The position numbers were made by a program, and so were the translations under genes. A DNA stretch of 64,000 bases from a bacterium (GTDB lineage Bacteria > UBA8248): the NCBI GenBank assembly GCA_963692865.2, contig OY843592.1:3488001-3552000 (forward strand), given 5' to 3'. The notes beneath the pieces were generated by a model, which worked only from the letters and a program-made list of their open reading frames with translations, searched no databases and was not told the DNA's origin. Positions 47,528 to 61,717 of the stretch are shown piece after piece. Position 1 is the first letter of the stretch; each line of letters opens with the position of its first letter.

Positions 47528-48388
47528 CTAGCCGCCCAGGGAGCGCCAGAGAAGCAATACGCCCACAAAGATGAAGACGAAGGCGAGAAACACCTTCATC
47601 TTCTCGCCGTCGACGCGGTTGTTGATGAAGGGCGATATCTGGCCGCCGCAGGCGACCGCGGGGATCGTCATGAACAGGATGTTCCAGTGCACGTCCACCT
47701 CGCCGGATGAGAACACGTAGGCGTGCACCAGGGTGGCGGGCAGCACCGTCGCGAAGACGATCAGAATCCCCGTGCCCACCGCCACGCGGACGGGCAGCTT
47801 GTCCTTCACGATCAGGGCGGTGGTCGTGAGCTCGCCGATGCCGATGCCCGTAAACCCCACGAGAACACCTCCCAGGGCCGACCAGCCATGGCCGAAGGCT
47901 CCATGCTCGTAGCGATACCAGTACCTCCTGCCCGCCGCGTCCATCCGGGTTGGTTTTCCGGTTCCCTCGGACTGTTCCGCTTCCTGGATGCCGCCCTGAA
48001 AATATGCGAAGAGCATGGCGACGGAGAGAAACACCATCATCCCGCCCAGAAGGCCCAGAATCAGCCCGGCGGGCACCGAGTGGGCCAGAAAACCGAACGC
48101 CATGCCCACGGGGACGGACACGACGAGCACCTTTTTGGCGATGGAGTAATCGACCAGCCTTCTCCTCATGTAGCCGGTGAGCGCGCTGCCGAAACCGAAA
48201 ATCTCGATGGAAAGCGCGAGAAAAACGGCCTCCAGGGGGACGATGGTCACCCCCGCCGCCCAGGGGAAGAGAAGGATGAAAATGGGCGCGAAGAAAACCG
48301 CGCCCTCCACGCTCGTGCTCGTCGCCGTGAGGCACACGCAAAACGCGACGGGCAGCATCCACCAGAACTCGAAAACGTATTCGATCAC
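47528..48388 (-). CDS. Sulfite exporter TauE/SafE family membrane protein
   Basis: About 8 TM helices in two repeats; GVLVGFTGIGIG, AVGT, GGQI.P. Confidence 0.78.
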   Translation of the reverse strand: MIEYVFEFWWMLPVAFCVCLTATSTSVEGAVFFAPIFILLFPWAAGVTIVPLEAVFLALSIEIFGFGSALTGYMRRRLVDYSIAKKVLVVSVPVGMAFGFLAHSVPAGLILGLLGGMMVFLSVAMLFAYFQGGIQEAEQSEGTGKPTRMDAAGRRYWYRYEHGAFGHGWSALGGVLVGFTGIGIGELTTTALIVKDKLPVRVAVGTGILIVFATVLPATLVHAYVFSSGEVDVHWNILFMTIPAVACGGQISPFINNRVDGEKMKVFLAFVFIFVGVLLLWRSLGG

Positions 48389-48481
48389 GACGCAGGTCTT
48401 CCTTTATGACGAACCCATGAGGACCAGATGATCAATATCGAATTGTTCGGGGACTGAGCGGGAAGGCGGCTTGAAACGCCG

Positions 48482-49360
48482 TCAGGGCGCAACGCTTCCC
48501 CGGCGGATGGCCTCGCCCATGCGCGCCGCCTCGACGGCCTCCCCCACGTCGTGGGTGCGAATCACGTCCGCACCGACGACGACGGCGAAGGCCTCGGCGA
48601 CCTTCGAGCCGATCAGCCGCTCCCCGGCCGCCTCGACGCCCGTGATCGCCCCGATGAAACCCTTTCTCGAAACGCCGACGATAAGGGGCCGGCCCAATTC
48701 CCTCAACGCATCCAGCCGCCTCAATATCTCGAGGTTGTGATCCCAGGATTTCCCGAAACCGACGCCCGGGTCGATGAATACCGAGCGTATACCGTCGCGC
48801 TCGGCCAGTTGCGCGCTTTCGCGCAGACAGTCCGACAACTCGCCCATGAGGTCCGCGTATTCAGGATTCTCCTGCATCGTGCGCGGCTCGCCCTTCATGT
48901 GCATGGCGACGGCCGCCGCGCCGGACTCGGCAATCACCGCGCGCATCCCGGGATCGCGAAGGCCCGTAACGTCGTTCACGATGTGAGCGCCCGCCTCGAG
49001 CGCCGCCCGCGCCACGCCGGCCTTGGACGTATCGACCGAGACGAGAGGACCGTCTTCCATGTCCATCCGCTCTAAAATCGGAATAATCCGCCGGATTTCC
49101 TCCGCCTCGTCCACACCGCTCGAGCCGGGACGGGTGCTCTCGCCGCCGATGTCGATGACGTCGGCTCCCTCATCCCTCATGCGCGCGATTTGATCGAGCG
49201 CCGCGTGGAGGTCGAAAAACGCTCCGCCGTCGGAAAAGCTGTCGGGCGTGGCGTTCAGGACGCCCATGATGCGAACCTGCTCGAAATCAAGCTCGCGTCC
49301 GCGGCACTTCACGGCGGGCGCGGGAGTCCATTTCGCAGGCGCGAAGCGCAGGCCCTCCAT
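48482..49360 (-). CDS. folP: Dihydropteroate synthase
   Basis: MGVLNATPDSFSDGG, DIGGESTRPG, DPGVGFGK, GVSRK, IRTHDV. Confidence 0.96.
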   Translation of the reverse strand: MEGLRFAPAKWTPAPAVKCRGRELDFEQVRIMGVLNATPDSFSDGGAFFDLHAALDQIARMRDEGADVIDIGGESTRPGSSGVDEAEEIRRIIPILERMDMEDGPLVSVDTSKAGVARAALEAGAHIVNDVTGLRDPGMRAVIAESGAAAVAMHMKGEPRTMQENPEYADLMGELSDCLRESAQLAERDGIRSVFIDPGVGFGKSWDHNLEILRRLDALRELGRPLIVGVSRKGFIGAITGVEAAGERLIGSKVAEAFAVVVGADVIRTHDVGEAVEAARMGEAIRRGSVAP

Positions 49361-50793
49361 CACGGGAGCGCCTCGGGCGGAAACGCGCTGCCGCTCTCCA
49401 CGATGCGCTCCTCGCCCACCCAGCGGCGCCTGAGTTCTCCGGCCAGGAACATCGACCCGGTGACGACGATGAGGTCGTTCTCCCCGGCCTCCCCTAGCGC
49501 CTCGTCGAGCGCCCCCCATGCGTCGATGCGCGTCTCCACATTGCCTGCGCCCGCCTCAAGGAGAGCGCGCGCAAAAACTTCCGGCGCGAGGCCGGGTCTC
49601 GGCGCGCTCGCCGGAGGGAGCGTGACGAAAAACTTGTCTCCAACGGGAGCGAACGCCTCCGCCATCCCGGCGTAATCCTTGTCGTTCACCGCCCCGAGAA
49701 CGAAGACGAGGCGCTCGAACGTCCAGCACGAGACGCCCTCCACCAGCGCCTGCGCCTTGTCGCGGTTGTGCGCGCCGTCGAGCAGAACGCGCGGGCCGGT
49801 CTGCGCCACCTCCATCCGGCACGGCAGACGCGCCGAAGCGACGCCCCGGCGCACCTCCTGTTCTCTCAGCCCCAGAAGTCGGCCTGCGCCGGCGGCGAGG
49901 CCCGCGTTTTGCGCCTGATGGACGCCGGGCATGGCCGTCGAGAGGCCTTCCCAACGGAGGCCGTCGTCGAACGCCAAGTCGAAACCAGCGCCGTCGGGGC
50001 GCAAGGCCAGGTTCTCCACGCGGGGCGGAGAAAACAAGGCGGCTTCACGCTCATGGGCGACGCGCTTGATTTCGGCGCGCGCATCGGGCGGGACGGTTTG
50101 CAAGACGACGCGGCCTTTTTCCGTGATGATGCCGGCCTTGTCCCGCGCGATCTGCGCGATGGAATCACCGAGCAGATCGGTGTGGTCCAGGCCGATAGAG
50201 GTGATTACGTCGAGGACGGCGGGACCCACGGCGTTCGTGGCGTCGAACGCGCCGCCCAGCCCCGCTTCGAGTACGAGGTATTCACACTCCTCCTCCCTGG
50301 CCATCAAGAGCAAAAGCGCGAGCGTCGACTCGAAAAACGAGGGCGGCCCGAACTCGGCCTCTCCCGCCATCTGCGCGGCGGCGTCGGCGAGTTCTTTCGC
50401 GCACCGCCCGATGAGGCCCGCCTCGGCGAAGCGGCCCCGGATCCAGAAACGCTCGATTATCGAGGTGAGATGGGGGGAGAAAAAGGCCGCCGTTTTCTTG
50501 CCGGTCGCAAGGAGGGACTGCGCCATCATGAGCGCGGTGGAACCCTTGCCGCTCGTTCCCACGACGTGGACCACCGACTGCTCAGCCCCGGGAACTCCGA
50601 GGATTTCATACAATCTGGCGGCCCGGGTGAGCCCCGGCCCTTCCACCTTGATGCCGCGCGGGTCGAGGCGCGTGCGCCAGGATTTCTTGGGCAGCGCGGC
50701 CAGGGCGCTCAGAAAAACCTCCACCCGCCGCAGCGTTTCCATGGGCGCGAGGGAATCTTCCAGAACGGGAGGGGCGAGGATGTTTTGGGGCAT
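49360..50793 (-). CDS. folC: Folylpolyglutamate/dihydrofolate synthase family ligase
   Basis: HVVGTSGKGS, SPHL...ER, EAGLGG.FDATN, DH, KAGI, LDGAHN, VTGSMFLAGE. Confidence 0.87.
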   Translation of the reverse strand: MPQNILAPPVLEDSLAPMETLRRVEVFLSALAALPKKSWRTRLDPRGIKVEGPGLTRAARLYEILGVPGAEQSVVHVVGTSGKGSTALMMAQSLLATGKKTAAFFSPHLTSIIERFWIRGRFAEAGLIGRCAKELADAAAQMAGEAEFGPPSFFESTLALLLLMAREEECEYLVLEAGLGGAFDATNAVGPAVLDVITSIGLDHTDLLGDSIAQIARDKAGIITEKGRVVLQTVPPDARAEIKRVAHEREAALFSPPRVENLALRPDGAGFDLAFDDGLRWEGLSTAMPGVHQAQNAGLAAGAGRLLGLREQEVRRGVASARLPCRMEVAQTGPRVLLDGAHNRDKAQALVEGVSCWTFERLVFVLGAVNDKDYAGMAEAFAPVGDKFFVTLPPASAPRPGLAPEVFARALLEAGAGNVETRIDAWGALDEALGEAGENDLIVVTGSMFLAGELRRRWVGEERIVESGSAFPPEALP

Positions 50794-50794
50794 C

Positions 50795-52336
<1,542 letters not shown>

Positions 52337-52339
52337 GGG

Positions 52340-53584
52340 TTACGCTTCCTCCCGGCGCACTTCGTACCCTTCCTTGAGCAGAATCTGTATCAACTCTTCG
52401 AGATGCTCCCGCCCGCGCACCTCCATGTGGAGGGTCGAGAGGGTATGGTTGATGGGCACTTCCGTCGAAAGCCTGTCGTGCTCGATGTGGATGATGTTCA
52501 CCCGGCAATCGGCCACGATTTGGGAAAGACGCATCAGCGCGCCGGGCACGTCGTGCAGCGGCACCTGTATCCGCGCGTAGCGGTTCGCGAGAGCCAGCCC
52601 CTTGCCGATGATTCGCGAGAGCAGGTTGACGTCCAGATTCCCGCCGCTGATCAGAGCCACCACCTTGCCGCTCACCCTGGTTTTTCTCTCGATGAGCGCC
52701 GCGAGGGAGGAAGCCCCCGCCGCTTCGCTCAGCATCCGCTCGCGCTCCAGGAGCCCCAGAATGGCGTTGGCCATCGCATCGTCGGAAACCGAGACCACCT
52801 GATCGACAAGATCCTGAATCAGGGGGAAGCAAAGTTCTCCGTTTCTCTTGACGGCGATGCCGTCCGCAATCGTCTGAACCGTTTTCGACTCGACGATTCT
52901 CCCCGCATCGAGCGAGCGCATGAGCGCCGCGGCGCCCTCGGCCACCACGCCGATGAGACGCACGTCGGGCTTTCGGGTTTTCACCACCGCGGCGAGGCCC
53001 GAGATGAGGCCGCCGCCTCCGACGGGGACGAGGATGGTGCCCACGTCTGGCACTTCTTCGAGTATCTCGATGCCCAGCGTTCCCTGGCCCGTGATGACGT
53101 CCGGGTGATCGAACGGCGGGATCATCGCGAGGCCGCGCTCTTCCTCATAGGCGCGCGCGCGCGCATAGGCGTCATCGAAGGATGCGCCGAACAGTTCGGT
53201 CTCGGCGCCCAGGGCCCGCACGGCGTCGAGCTTGGTGTTCGGGGTGGCTTCGGGCATCACCACCAAGGCCCTGACGCCCAACTGCTTGGCCGCGAAGGCC
53301 ACGCCCTGGGCGTGGTTCCCCGCGCTCGCGGTAACGACGCCCCACTGAAGCCGGGCGGGTTCGAGTTTTTGCAGCGCATACAAAGCGCCGCGCACCTTGA
53401 ACGAGCCGGTGCGCTGGAAATTCTCCGGCTTGAGATATACCTCGACGCCCAACTGCTCGGAGAAATGCTCCGTAAGGCGGGCGGGGGTCGGCCTCAGATG
53501 AGAGGATATCGCCTCCGCCGCCCGAGCCGCCTCGGCGGCGATGAGCGCCGGCTCCAGCGCCTTTTGTGATACCTGGGATTCCAT
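52340..53584 (-). CDS. ilvA: Threonine ammonia-lyase with C-terminal ACT domain
   Basis: ENFQRTGSFKVRGA, SAGNHAQG, VGGGGLISG, SGGN, ACT-like DVPGAL. Confidence 0.88.
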   Translation of the reverse strand: MESQVSQKALEPALIAAEAARAAEAISSHLRPTPARLTEHFSEQLGVEVYLKPENFQRTGSFKVRGALYALQKLEPARLQWGVVTASAGNHAQGVAFAAKQLGVRALVVMPEATPNTKLDAVRALGAETELFGASFDDAYARARAYEEERGLAMIPPFDHPDVITGQGTLGIEILEEVPDVGTILVPVGGGGLISGLAAVVKTRKPDVRLIGVVAEGAAALMRSLDAGRIVESKTVQTIADGIAVKRNGELCFPLIQDLVDQVVSVSDDAMANAILGLLERERMLSEAAGASSLAALIERKTRVSGKVVALISGGNLDVNLLSRIIGKGLALANRYARIQVPLHDVPGALMRLSQIVADCRVNIIHIEHDRLSTEVPINHTLSTLHMEVRGREHLEELIQILLKEGYEVRREEA

Positions 53585-53740
53585 ATGTCCTTGTTTTCCT
53601 TTGTCCTGTTTGAACAGAAAAACGCGCCTTTCCCTGCTCCGACGCTCGCCCGTCTTCGAACGGCCAACCCCCTGTTCGCGCGTCAAGAGGCGCGAGGCGG
53701 TCGCTTTCGCGGCTTGCGGAGCGCGCACCTGAACATATCG

Positions 53741-54107
<367 letters not shown>

Positions 54108-54181
54108 AGATATTTCATACTCCAGCGCCGTTGCCCGCACAACCGGCGGCCGACATGCGGCATGGCGCGTGATTGCGGCTC

Positions 54182-54595
54182 CTAACCCATCCCGCCGTCG
54201 ATGGCGCGATTGGCGGCGGCGTCGGCAGCCGTGTTTTCGCCGCGGCGCACATGGCGCACTTCGACCGAGCCGAATTTCCTCGCCGCTTCCTTCGCACGCT
54301 CATACAAGGGCTTGAGGGCCTTGTTCCTGACCCGATACTCACCGCTCCACTGGCGGGCCATGAGTTCTGAATCCGTAACGACTTCCACGCTCCGGGCGCC
54401 GAGCTTCACGGCTCGCTCCAGACCCAGCAAAAACGCCTGGTATTCCGCCACGTTGTTCGTCGCCGCGCCCAGAAACCTGGTTTCCTCCGCCACGCAATTG
54501 CCCGCATCGTCATACAACAGGGCGGCGGCGCCCGCTGGACCCGGATTTCCCCGCGCGGCGCCATCGGTATGAATCCGCAGGTGGCCTGCCTTCAT
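54182..54595 (-). CDS. rnhA: Ribonuclease HI family protein
   Basis: TDGAARGNPGPAG, TNNVAEY, DSEL, HVRR..N..AD..AN. Confidence 0.92.
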   Translation of the reverse strand: MKAGHLRIHTDGAARGNPGPAGAAALLYDDAGNCVAEETRFLGAATNNVAEYQAFLLGLERAVKLGARSVEVVTDSELMARQWSGEYRVRNKALKPLYERAKEAARKFGSVEVRHVRRGENTAADAAANRAIDGGMG

Positions 54596-55341
54596 TCCTC
54601 GTCCACCGCCGGCAGGCTCAACTCCACGGTTTCGCCCTCCTGGTAGTACAGGATGCGCTTGCAATTCGAGCAGGTGTAAATCCTGTCTTCCGAATCCCTG
54701 ATCTCCAAGAAACGCTTGATGGTCTCCGCCATGCGGCAGCCCTGGCAGGTGCGGTTGACGACGGCGCAGACGGCCAGCCCTTTCCGGGATTTCCTCAAGC
54801 CGCGGTAGCGCTCCATCCACTCCCCGCTCACGCCGCCTGCGAGGGTTTTCGACTGTTCGAGGAGTTCGCCCAGTTCACGCTCGAAACCGGCTTGATGGTT
54901 CTCATACTTCTTCACCTCGCCCTGCACCTTGCTCCGGGCCGTCTCAAGCTCCCCGCGCGCTTCCGCCAGCTTCTCCTCGTGCGCGGGCATGCTCTCCATG
55001 ATCTCGAGAACGGTATCCTCGAGGGCGCTGATCCGGTTCTGATACCCTTCGATCTCCGCGCCCAGGGCGCGGTATTCCTCGTTCGTCCTGACGAGCGTCT
55101 GCTTGCCGCGCGTGTCCCTGAGCTTCTGATCGAAGGATTGAATTTCGCCCTCCGCCTCGCGCAATTTCTTCCTGGCCGTTTCCACTTCCTCTTCGAGTTC
55201 AGCAACGGACGACTCGAAGCCCGTCAAATACCGCTTTTCCCTGTCGATGGACGCGGGAATTTTCGAAATCGCATCGCGGCATTGGTCCATCTTGACGTCA
55301 ATCGCCTGAAGCTCCATCAAAGCCGCCAGTTCCGGGTGCAC
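54592..55341 (-). CDS. C4-type zinc-ribbon domain coiled-coil protein (DUF164)
   Basis: LQ.ID N-terminus, long coiled coil, CQGC and CSNC.RILY. Confidence 0.9.
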   Translation of the reverse strand: MHPELAALMELQAIDVKMDQCRDAISKIPASIDREKRYLTGFESSVAELEEEVETARKKLREAEGEIQSFDQKLRDTRGKQTLVRTNEEYRALGAEIEGYQNRISALEDTVLEIMESMPAHEEKLAEARGELETARSKVQGEVKKYENHQAGFERELGELLEQSKTLAGGVSGEWMERYRGLRKSRKGLAVCAVVNRTCQGCRMAETIKRFLEIRDSEDRIYTCSNCKRILYYQEGETVELSLPAVDEE

Positions 55342-55386
55342 CGCGCCATACTCCTCGCATCGTTCGGTGATCGATCAGAAATCGCG

Positions 55387-55461
55387 TGGTGGGCCCACCT
55401 GGATTCGAACCAAGGACCAGCCGGTTATGAGCCGGCGGCTCTACCGCTGAGCTATGGGCCC
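55387..55461 (-). tRNA. tRNA with CAT anticodon, most likely tRNA-Ile2 (lysidine)
   Basis: GGGCCCA acceptor, GCCGG-CTCATAA-CCGGC, GGTTCGAATCC, CCA; paired 1-72 excludes initiator; acceptor sequence and location after rpoD fit Ile2. Confidence 0.9.
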
Positions 55462-55587
55462 GATAGCAACGCGACCGTCAAGAGGACGCATCGGGAAACC
55501 GGTGCGTCCTCCGCCTCGGGCGCCGCCCGTTCGCTGTGCATATATGGCCCCGCGCGCGTTCAATGTCAATCGCGCGAGGTTTTCGGC

Positions 55588-57372
<1,785 letters not shown>

Positions 57373-57448
57373 TGTCGCTCTCCTCTTCATCCGGTCAGGC
57401 AGTGGAACCACTGCGAATCCATAGAAAGTAAAATCCGCCTAAAACGCT

Positions 57449-59335
57449 TCAACGCGGTGAGGCGGCCCGCTGCCGCTCGCGCAGAAGCGCGTTTTTCCGT
57501 TCCAGAAGTTTCCACATTTCAGGGGAATCCTCCCCCTCGTCCTTGCGCGTCTGCTCGATGCGCTTGAGCAAATCTTCTTCCACCTTTCGTCGGCGGCGCT
57601 CCCTGAGCCGCTCGATGCAATCGAAAAGCTCCGCCTCCACCTCTTCGGGCTCCACCTCCACGACGGCCAGCTCCACCACCAGGGCGCGCGCGGCGGGACT
57701 CTCCAGCCTGTCCGCGATGGAAGCCGCCGTGAGCGAGGCCGCGTCCTGAGATTTCATGAGGGAGAGCACCTCGCCCACCTCCGGGTCGGTCATCAACTCG
57801 TCGGGCACCTCGGACGCCAGCTCCGGCCTGATGAGCAGAAGCTGCAGGGCGTCCATCTCGAACTTTGGACGCTCGAGGTTCTCCCCCAGCAGATCGACCT
57901 TTTCTTCCTCTCTTCGAGGCGAGGCTTCCCGGGCGTTTTCCGCCAGCAATCTCCTCACCATGGCCGTCAGCGTGGGATAGGGAATCCCGAGCTGATCCTC
58001 CAACAAGGCCAAATATTGGTCCTGAACGCTGCGGTGGCAAGCCCCGAGTATGGGCAGGAGCCGCTGGACGGCCTCGATTTTCTCGGCCTGGCTCGCGCCC
58101 GCGGATATTCCGGCCATCGCGCTCTGGACGGTGTTCTCCAGAATGCCCTGCGCGTCGGCGAGGAGCCGGGAGAAGTCCTCCGCCCCGTTCTCGCCCAGAA
58201 ACGTATCGACGTCGCGCCCCTCGGGCAGGTTCACCACCTTGAGGCGCACGGCGCCCGCCCCGTCGCGGTCGATGAAATTCTTGCGCAGCACGTCGCTCGC
58301 CACGAGGAGGTCGGGCGCGCCCGCGAGACCGAGCAACCGCCCCGCCACAGAACCCGCCCGCTCTGAGGCCGCGAGACCCGCCGCATCGGGATCGAAGACG
58401 AACACGAGTTCCTCGGCGTGGGCCCGCAGGCTGCGGATGTGCTCTGCCGTCAGCGCGGTGCCGAGGGGCGCCACCGCCTCCGTGAAGCCATGCCGCCAGA
58501 GCGATATGACGTCGAAATACCCCTCCGTCACGAGGACGCGCTTTTTCTCGCGAACCGACTCCCTGCCCTCGTAAAAGCCATAGAGCGTCCTGCCCTTCTT
58601 GAAGAGCGCCGTATCCGGCGAGTTCACGTATTTCGCGGTGGCGTGGCGCGGGTCGCTGTCGGGCAGCGAACGCCCGCCGAAACCCACTATCTCACCCTCG
58701 TGATTGCGGATGGGGAACATGATGCGGTCCCGGAAGCGGTCGTAATGCCCGCTCCCGTCCTCGCGCCGCACCGCGAGGCCCGCCTCCGCGAGGTCATCGG
58801 GAGACACCCCTCTTTTGCCCGCGGCGTTGATGAGGGCGTCCCATCGCGGGGGCGCGAATCCGATTCGAAACCTCTCGACGGCTTCTTTCCCGACGCCGCG
58901 CTCATCCAGATACAGGCGGCCCCTCTCACCCGGGTTGCTCCCGAGCGCCGCCCGGAAGAAATCGGCCGCCATGCGATTGATGGACAACATCTTCCGGCGC
59001 GCGTCGGGCTTTTGCGGACTTCGCTCCCGGGAATCCTCATAGCGGGAGAGATCGACGCCCTGGCGTTTCGCCAGGCGCGAGAGCGCCTCGGGAAAGGTCA
59101 TCCCCTCGTGCTGCATCAGGAACTGGAAGACGTTGCCCCCCGCCCCGCAGCCGAAACACTTGTAGATGCCCATGCGCGGGTTCACGTTGAACGAAGGCGT
59201 CTTCTCGTCGTGGAACGGGCAAAGCCCCTTGTAGTTCGTCCCCGCCTTCTTGAGGCTCACGAACTCGCCGACGACGTCCTCTATCGGAGCGCCGTCCCGT
59301 ATCTGATCGACGACTTCTTCAGGAACCCTTGCCAT
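57449..59335 (-). CDS. dnaG: DNA primase
   Basis: CPFH..KTPSF..CFGC zinc finger, DRFRDRIMFPI, GFGGR, KYVNSP, EGYFDV, FDPD.AG. Confidence 0.97.
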   Translation of the reverse strand: MARVPEEVVDQIRDGAPIEDVVGEFVSLKKAGTNYKGLCPFHDEKTPSFNVNPRMGIYKCFGCGAGGNVFQFLMQHEGMTFPEALSRLAKRQGVDLSRYEDSRERSPQKPDARRKMLSINRMAADFFRAALGSNPGERGRLYLDERGVGKEAVERFRIGFAPPRWDALINAAGKRGVSPDDLAEAGLAVRREDGSGHYDRFRDRIMFPIRNHEGEIVGFGGRSLPDSDPRHATAKYVNSPDTALFKKGRTLYGFYEGRESVREKKRVLVTEGYFDVISLWRHGFTEAVAPLGTALTAEHIRSLRAHAEELVFVFDPDAAGLAASERAGSVAGRLLGLAGAPDLLVASDVLRKNFIDRDGAGAVRLKVVNLPEGRDVDTFLGENGAEDFSRLLADAQGILENTVQSAMAGISAGASQAEKIEAVQRLLPILGACHRSVQDQYLALLEDQLGIPYPTLTAMVRRLLAENAREASPRREEEKVDLLGENLERPKFEMDALQLLLIRPELASEVPDELMTDPEVGEVLSLMKSQDAASLTAASIADRLESPAARALVVELAVVEVEPEEVEAELFDCIERLRERRRRKVEEDLLKRIEQTRKDEGEDSPEMWKLLERKNALLRERQRAASPR

Positions 59336-59365
59336 TCCACCATCCTCATTCCGAAAAACGGAGCA

Positions 59366-61717
59366 TCAGCGCAGGGCCAACTCCACGTTCGTAACGCCCC
59401 AGCCGCCCTCTTCGGGCCGCGCGGGGCTGAACTTCGACACCAGAGCGTGTTCCTTGAGCCGCTCCGCGATGACCTTGGAGAGCACCCCCTCCCCCTTGCC
59501 GTGGACGATGCGGACCGACGCGACGCCCACGAGCGCGGCGTCGTCGAGATATTTGTCCACCATCTCGACGGCGCGCTCGGCGCGCACGCCGCGCAGTTGC
59601 AGCTCGGGCGAGAAATCATCCCCCCTCGACAGGACATCGTGCGTCACCGTGCTCCTCCGGGCGGGCCGGGCCGGCGCATCGTCGAGAACTTCCACCACGC
59701 TGCAGGACAGACGCAGGGACTTGCCGTTCACCGACACGGTCAGTTCATCCTCTCCGTGCAGGGCGGCCACCTCGCCCGCGCAATTCATGAGCGGGATGCG
59801 CACCCTGTCTCCCACGCGAAGCGAAACCGGCGCGCGCGCCGCCTCCCCTTCTCCCGCGGGCAGCGCTTCTTCAATTTTGGCGCTCATCTCGCGGATGCGC
59901 TCGCGCGCGATTCGCTTGGCCTCTTCCATTTCGAGTGATCCGCGCATCTCGTTCAAAAGATCGTCGGCCTCGCGCCTCAGGTCCTTCATGAACCGGGCCG
60001 CCTCGTCGCTTCTTTCGCGCGCTTCCTCGCCTATCCGGCGTTCGAGTTCGCTTTCGCGCGCATCGAGCCGCACCCCCCGGGCCGCGAACCCGGCTTCTTG
60101 TTCTTCCATCTCGCGCTGCCGGTCGGAGAGGTTCGCCATGAGGCGGTCCACCTGGACGGGGCCTTTCATGAGCAGCGCCTCCGCGCGCGCCAGCACGGAT
60201 TCGGGCAAGCCCATCATCTGCGCCACCGACATGGCGTTGCTCGGCCCCGCCGCGCCCATACGGATCCGGTAGGTGGGCGAGAGGTCGTCGGCGTCGAACT
60301 CCACCGAGGCGTTCTCGGCGTGCGCGGCCTGATAGGCGTAATGCTTGAGCGCGTCGTGGTGCGTCGTCACGATACAGAGCGCGCCGCTCTGCGCCAGATG
60401 CTCCAGCACGGAGACGCCGATGGCCGAACCCTCCGCCGGGTCGGTGCCGGAGCCCAACTCGTCGAGGAGCACGAGCACGCCCTCTCCCGCCTCGCGCACC
60501 GCGCCCGAGACGCGCGCCATGTGGCCCGAGAAGGTGCTCAGGTTCTGCTGAATGTCCTGCTCATCGCCGATGTCGGCGACGAGCGTCTTCACGACGGGCA
60601 GCGCGCTCTCGGGCGCGGCCGGTACGGGCACGCCGCACTGGTGCAGCGCCACGCATAGGCCCACCGTCTTGAGGGCCACCGTCTTGCCGCCCGTGTTGGG
60701 CCCGGTGATGAGGAGCTGGCGCACCCCGTCCATCCCGACTTCCAGGTCGATGGGCACCACCTGCTCCTTCGGCACCGCGCCGACGCCCGCCGTGAGCAGG
60801 GGATGACGCGCGGCTCTGAGCCGGATGCCCCCGTCCGCGCTCGCCTGCGCGCGCGCGCCGCGCCAATCGACCCCAAGGCGCGCCTTCGCCCAGATGAGAT
60901 CGAGCCCGGCCAGGCATTGCACCAGATAGGCGATGGACTCGCGCGCCGCCATTACTTCCGCGGTCAGTTCGCGCAGTATTCGCTCCACCTCCGCGCGCTC
61001 GGCCTCGCGCTCCTCGGCGATGGCGTTGTTCACGGGCACCGCCGATAGCGGCTCGACGAACAAGGTCTCCCCGCTCGCGGAGCGGTCCTGGATCACGCCC
61101 TCGAAGGAACGCTTATAGGTCGTTTTGGCGGGAATCAGGTACCGATCGCGCCGCTGAACGATCAGGTTTTCCTGAATCGCATTCGGGTGCGTGTTCATTA
61201 TCCTGTCAAGCAGACGCCGTATCTCCGCCCTGAGCGCGCGCTGTTTCGTTCTCGATTCCTGGAGTTCGAAGCTCGCGTCGTCGCGCACCTCGCCGCGTTC
61301 ATCGAGAATGCGCCTTATACACGCTGCAAGGGGATACTGCATGTCCGCGCCGTGAATGCGCATCCTGAGCCTGGGCAGACGCTCTGCGCGCTCCTCCACG
61401 AAGCGGCGCACGTCGGAGGCGAGGTTCAAAAGCGAGAGAATAGAGAGGAATTTATCACCCTCGAGGTTCCCGCCCCGGCGTCTGATGTCCTCGAGCCATG
61501 CTTCGGGGTCGTCGAAGGCGGCCAGGGGCATGTATTCCCCGGCGCCCAGGAGCGCCGTGGCCTCATCCGTCTCATCGAGCAGGGTATCGACCTTGAAGGA
61601 CGACGTGAGCGGAACGAGCGCGGCGGCCGCGGCCGCGCCCGAAGCGGAGGCGCAGCGAGCCGCAAGCAGCTTCAAAACGCTTTCGAATTCAATGCCTTGC
61701 AGCGTGCGGTCATCCAT
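59366..61717 (-). CDS. mutS2: Endonuclease MutS2
   Basis: SASGETLFVEP, GPNTGGKT, DIGDEQ...LSTFS, LDELGSGTDP, TTH, C-terminal Smr domain (VHGKG.G). Confidence 0.95.
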   Translation of the reverse strand: MDDRTLQGIEFESVLKLLAARCASASGAAAAAALVPLTSSFKVDTLLDETDEATALLGAGEYMPLAAFDDPEAWLEDIRRRGGNLEGDKFLSILSLLNLASDVRRFVEERAERLPRLRMRIHGADMQYPLAACIRRILDERGEVRDDASFELQESRTKQRALRAEIRRLLDRIMNTHPNAIQENLIVQRRDRYLIPAKTTYKRSFEGVIQDRSASGETLFVEPLSAVPVNNAIAEEREAERAEVERILRELTAEVMAARESIAYLVQCLAGLDLIWAKARLGVDWRGARAQASADGGIRLRAARHPLLTAGVGAVPKEQVVPIDLEVGMDGVRQLLITGPNTGGKTVALKTVGLCVALHQCGVPVPAAPESALPVVKTLVADIGDEQDIQQNLSTFSGHMARVSGAVREAGEGVLVLLDELGSGTDPAEGSAIGVSVLEHLAQSGALCIVTTHHDALKHYAYQAAHAENASVEFDADDLSPTYRIRMGAAGPSNAMSVAQMMGLPESVLARAEALLMKGPVQVDRLMANLSDRQREMEEQEAGFAARGVRLDARESELERRIGEEARERSDEAARFMKDLRREADDLLNEMRGSLEMEEAKRIARERIREMSAKIEEALPAGEGEAARAPVSLRVGDRVRIPLMNCAGEVAALHGEDELTVSVNGKSLRLSCSVVEVLDDAPARPARRSTVTHDVLSRGDDFSPELQLRGVRAERAVEMVDKYLDDAALVGVASVRIVHGKGEGVLSKVIAERLKEHALVSKFSPARPEEGGWGVTNVELALR

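Noticed and set aside
55387-55461. Calling the CAT tRNA initiator Met
   Set aside because: Lacks the C1-A72 mismatch and the three consecutive G-C pairs of the initiator anticodon stem; Ile2 fits better, though elongator Met is not formally excluded.
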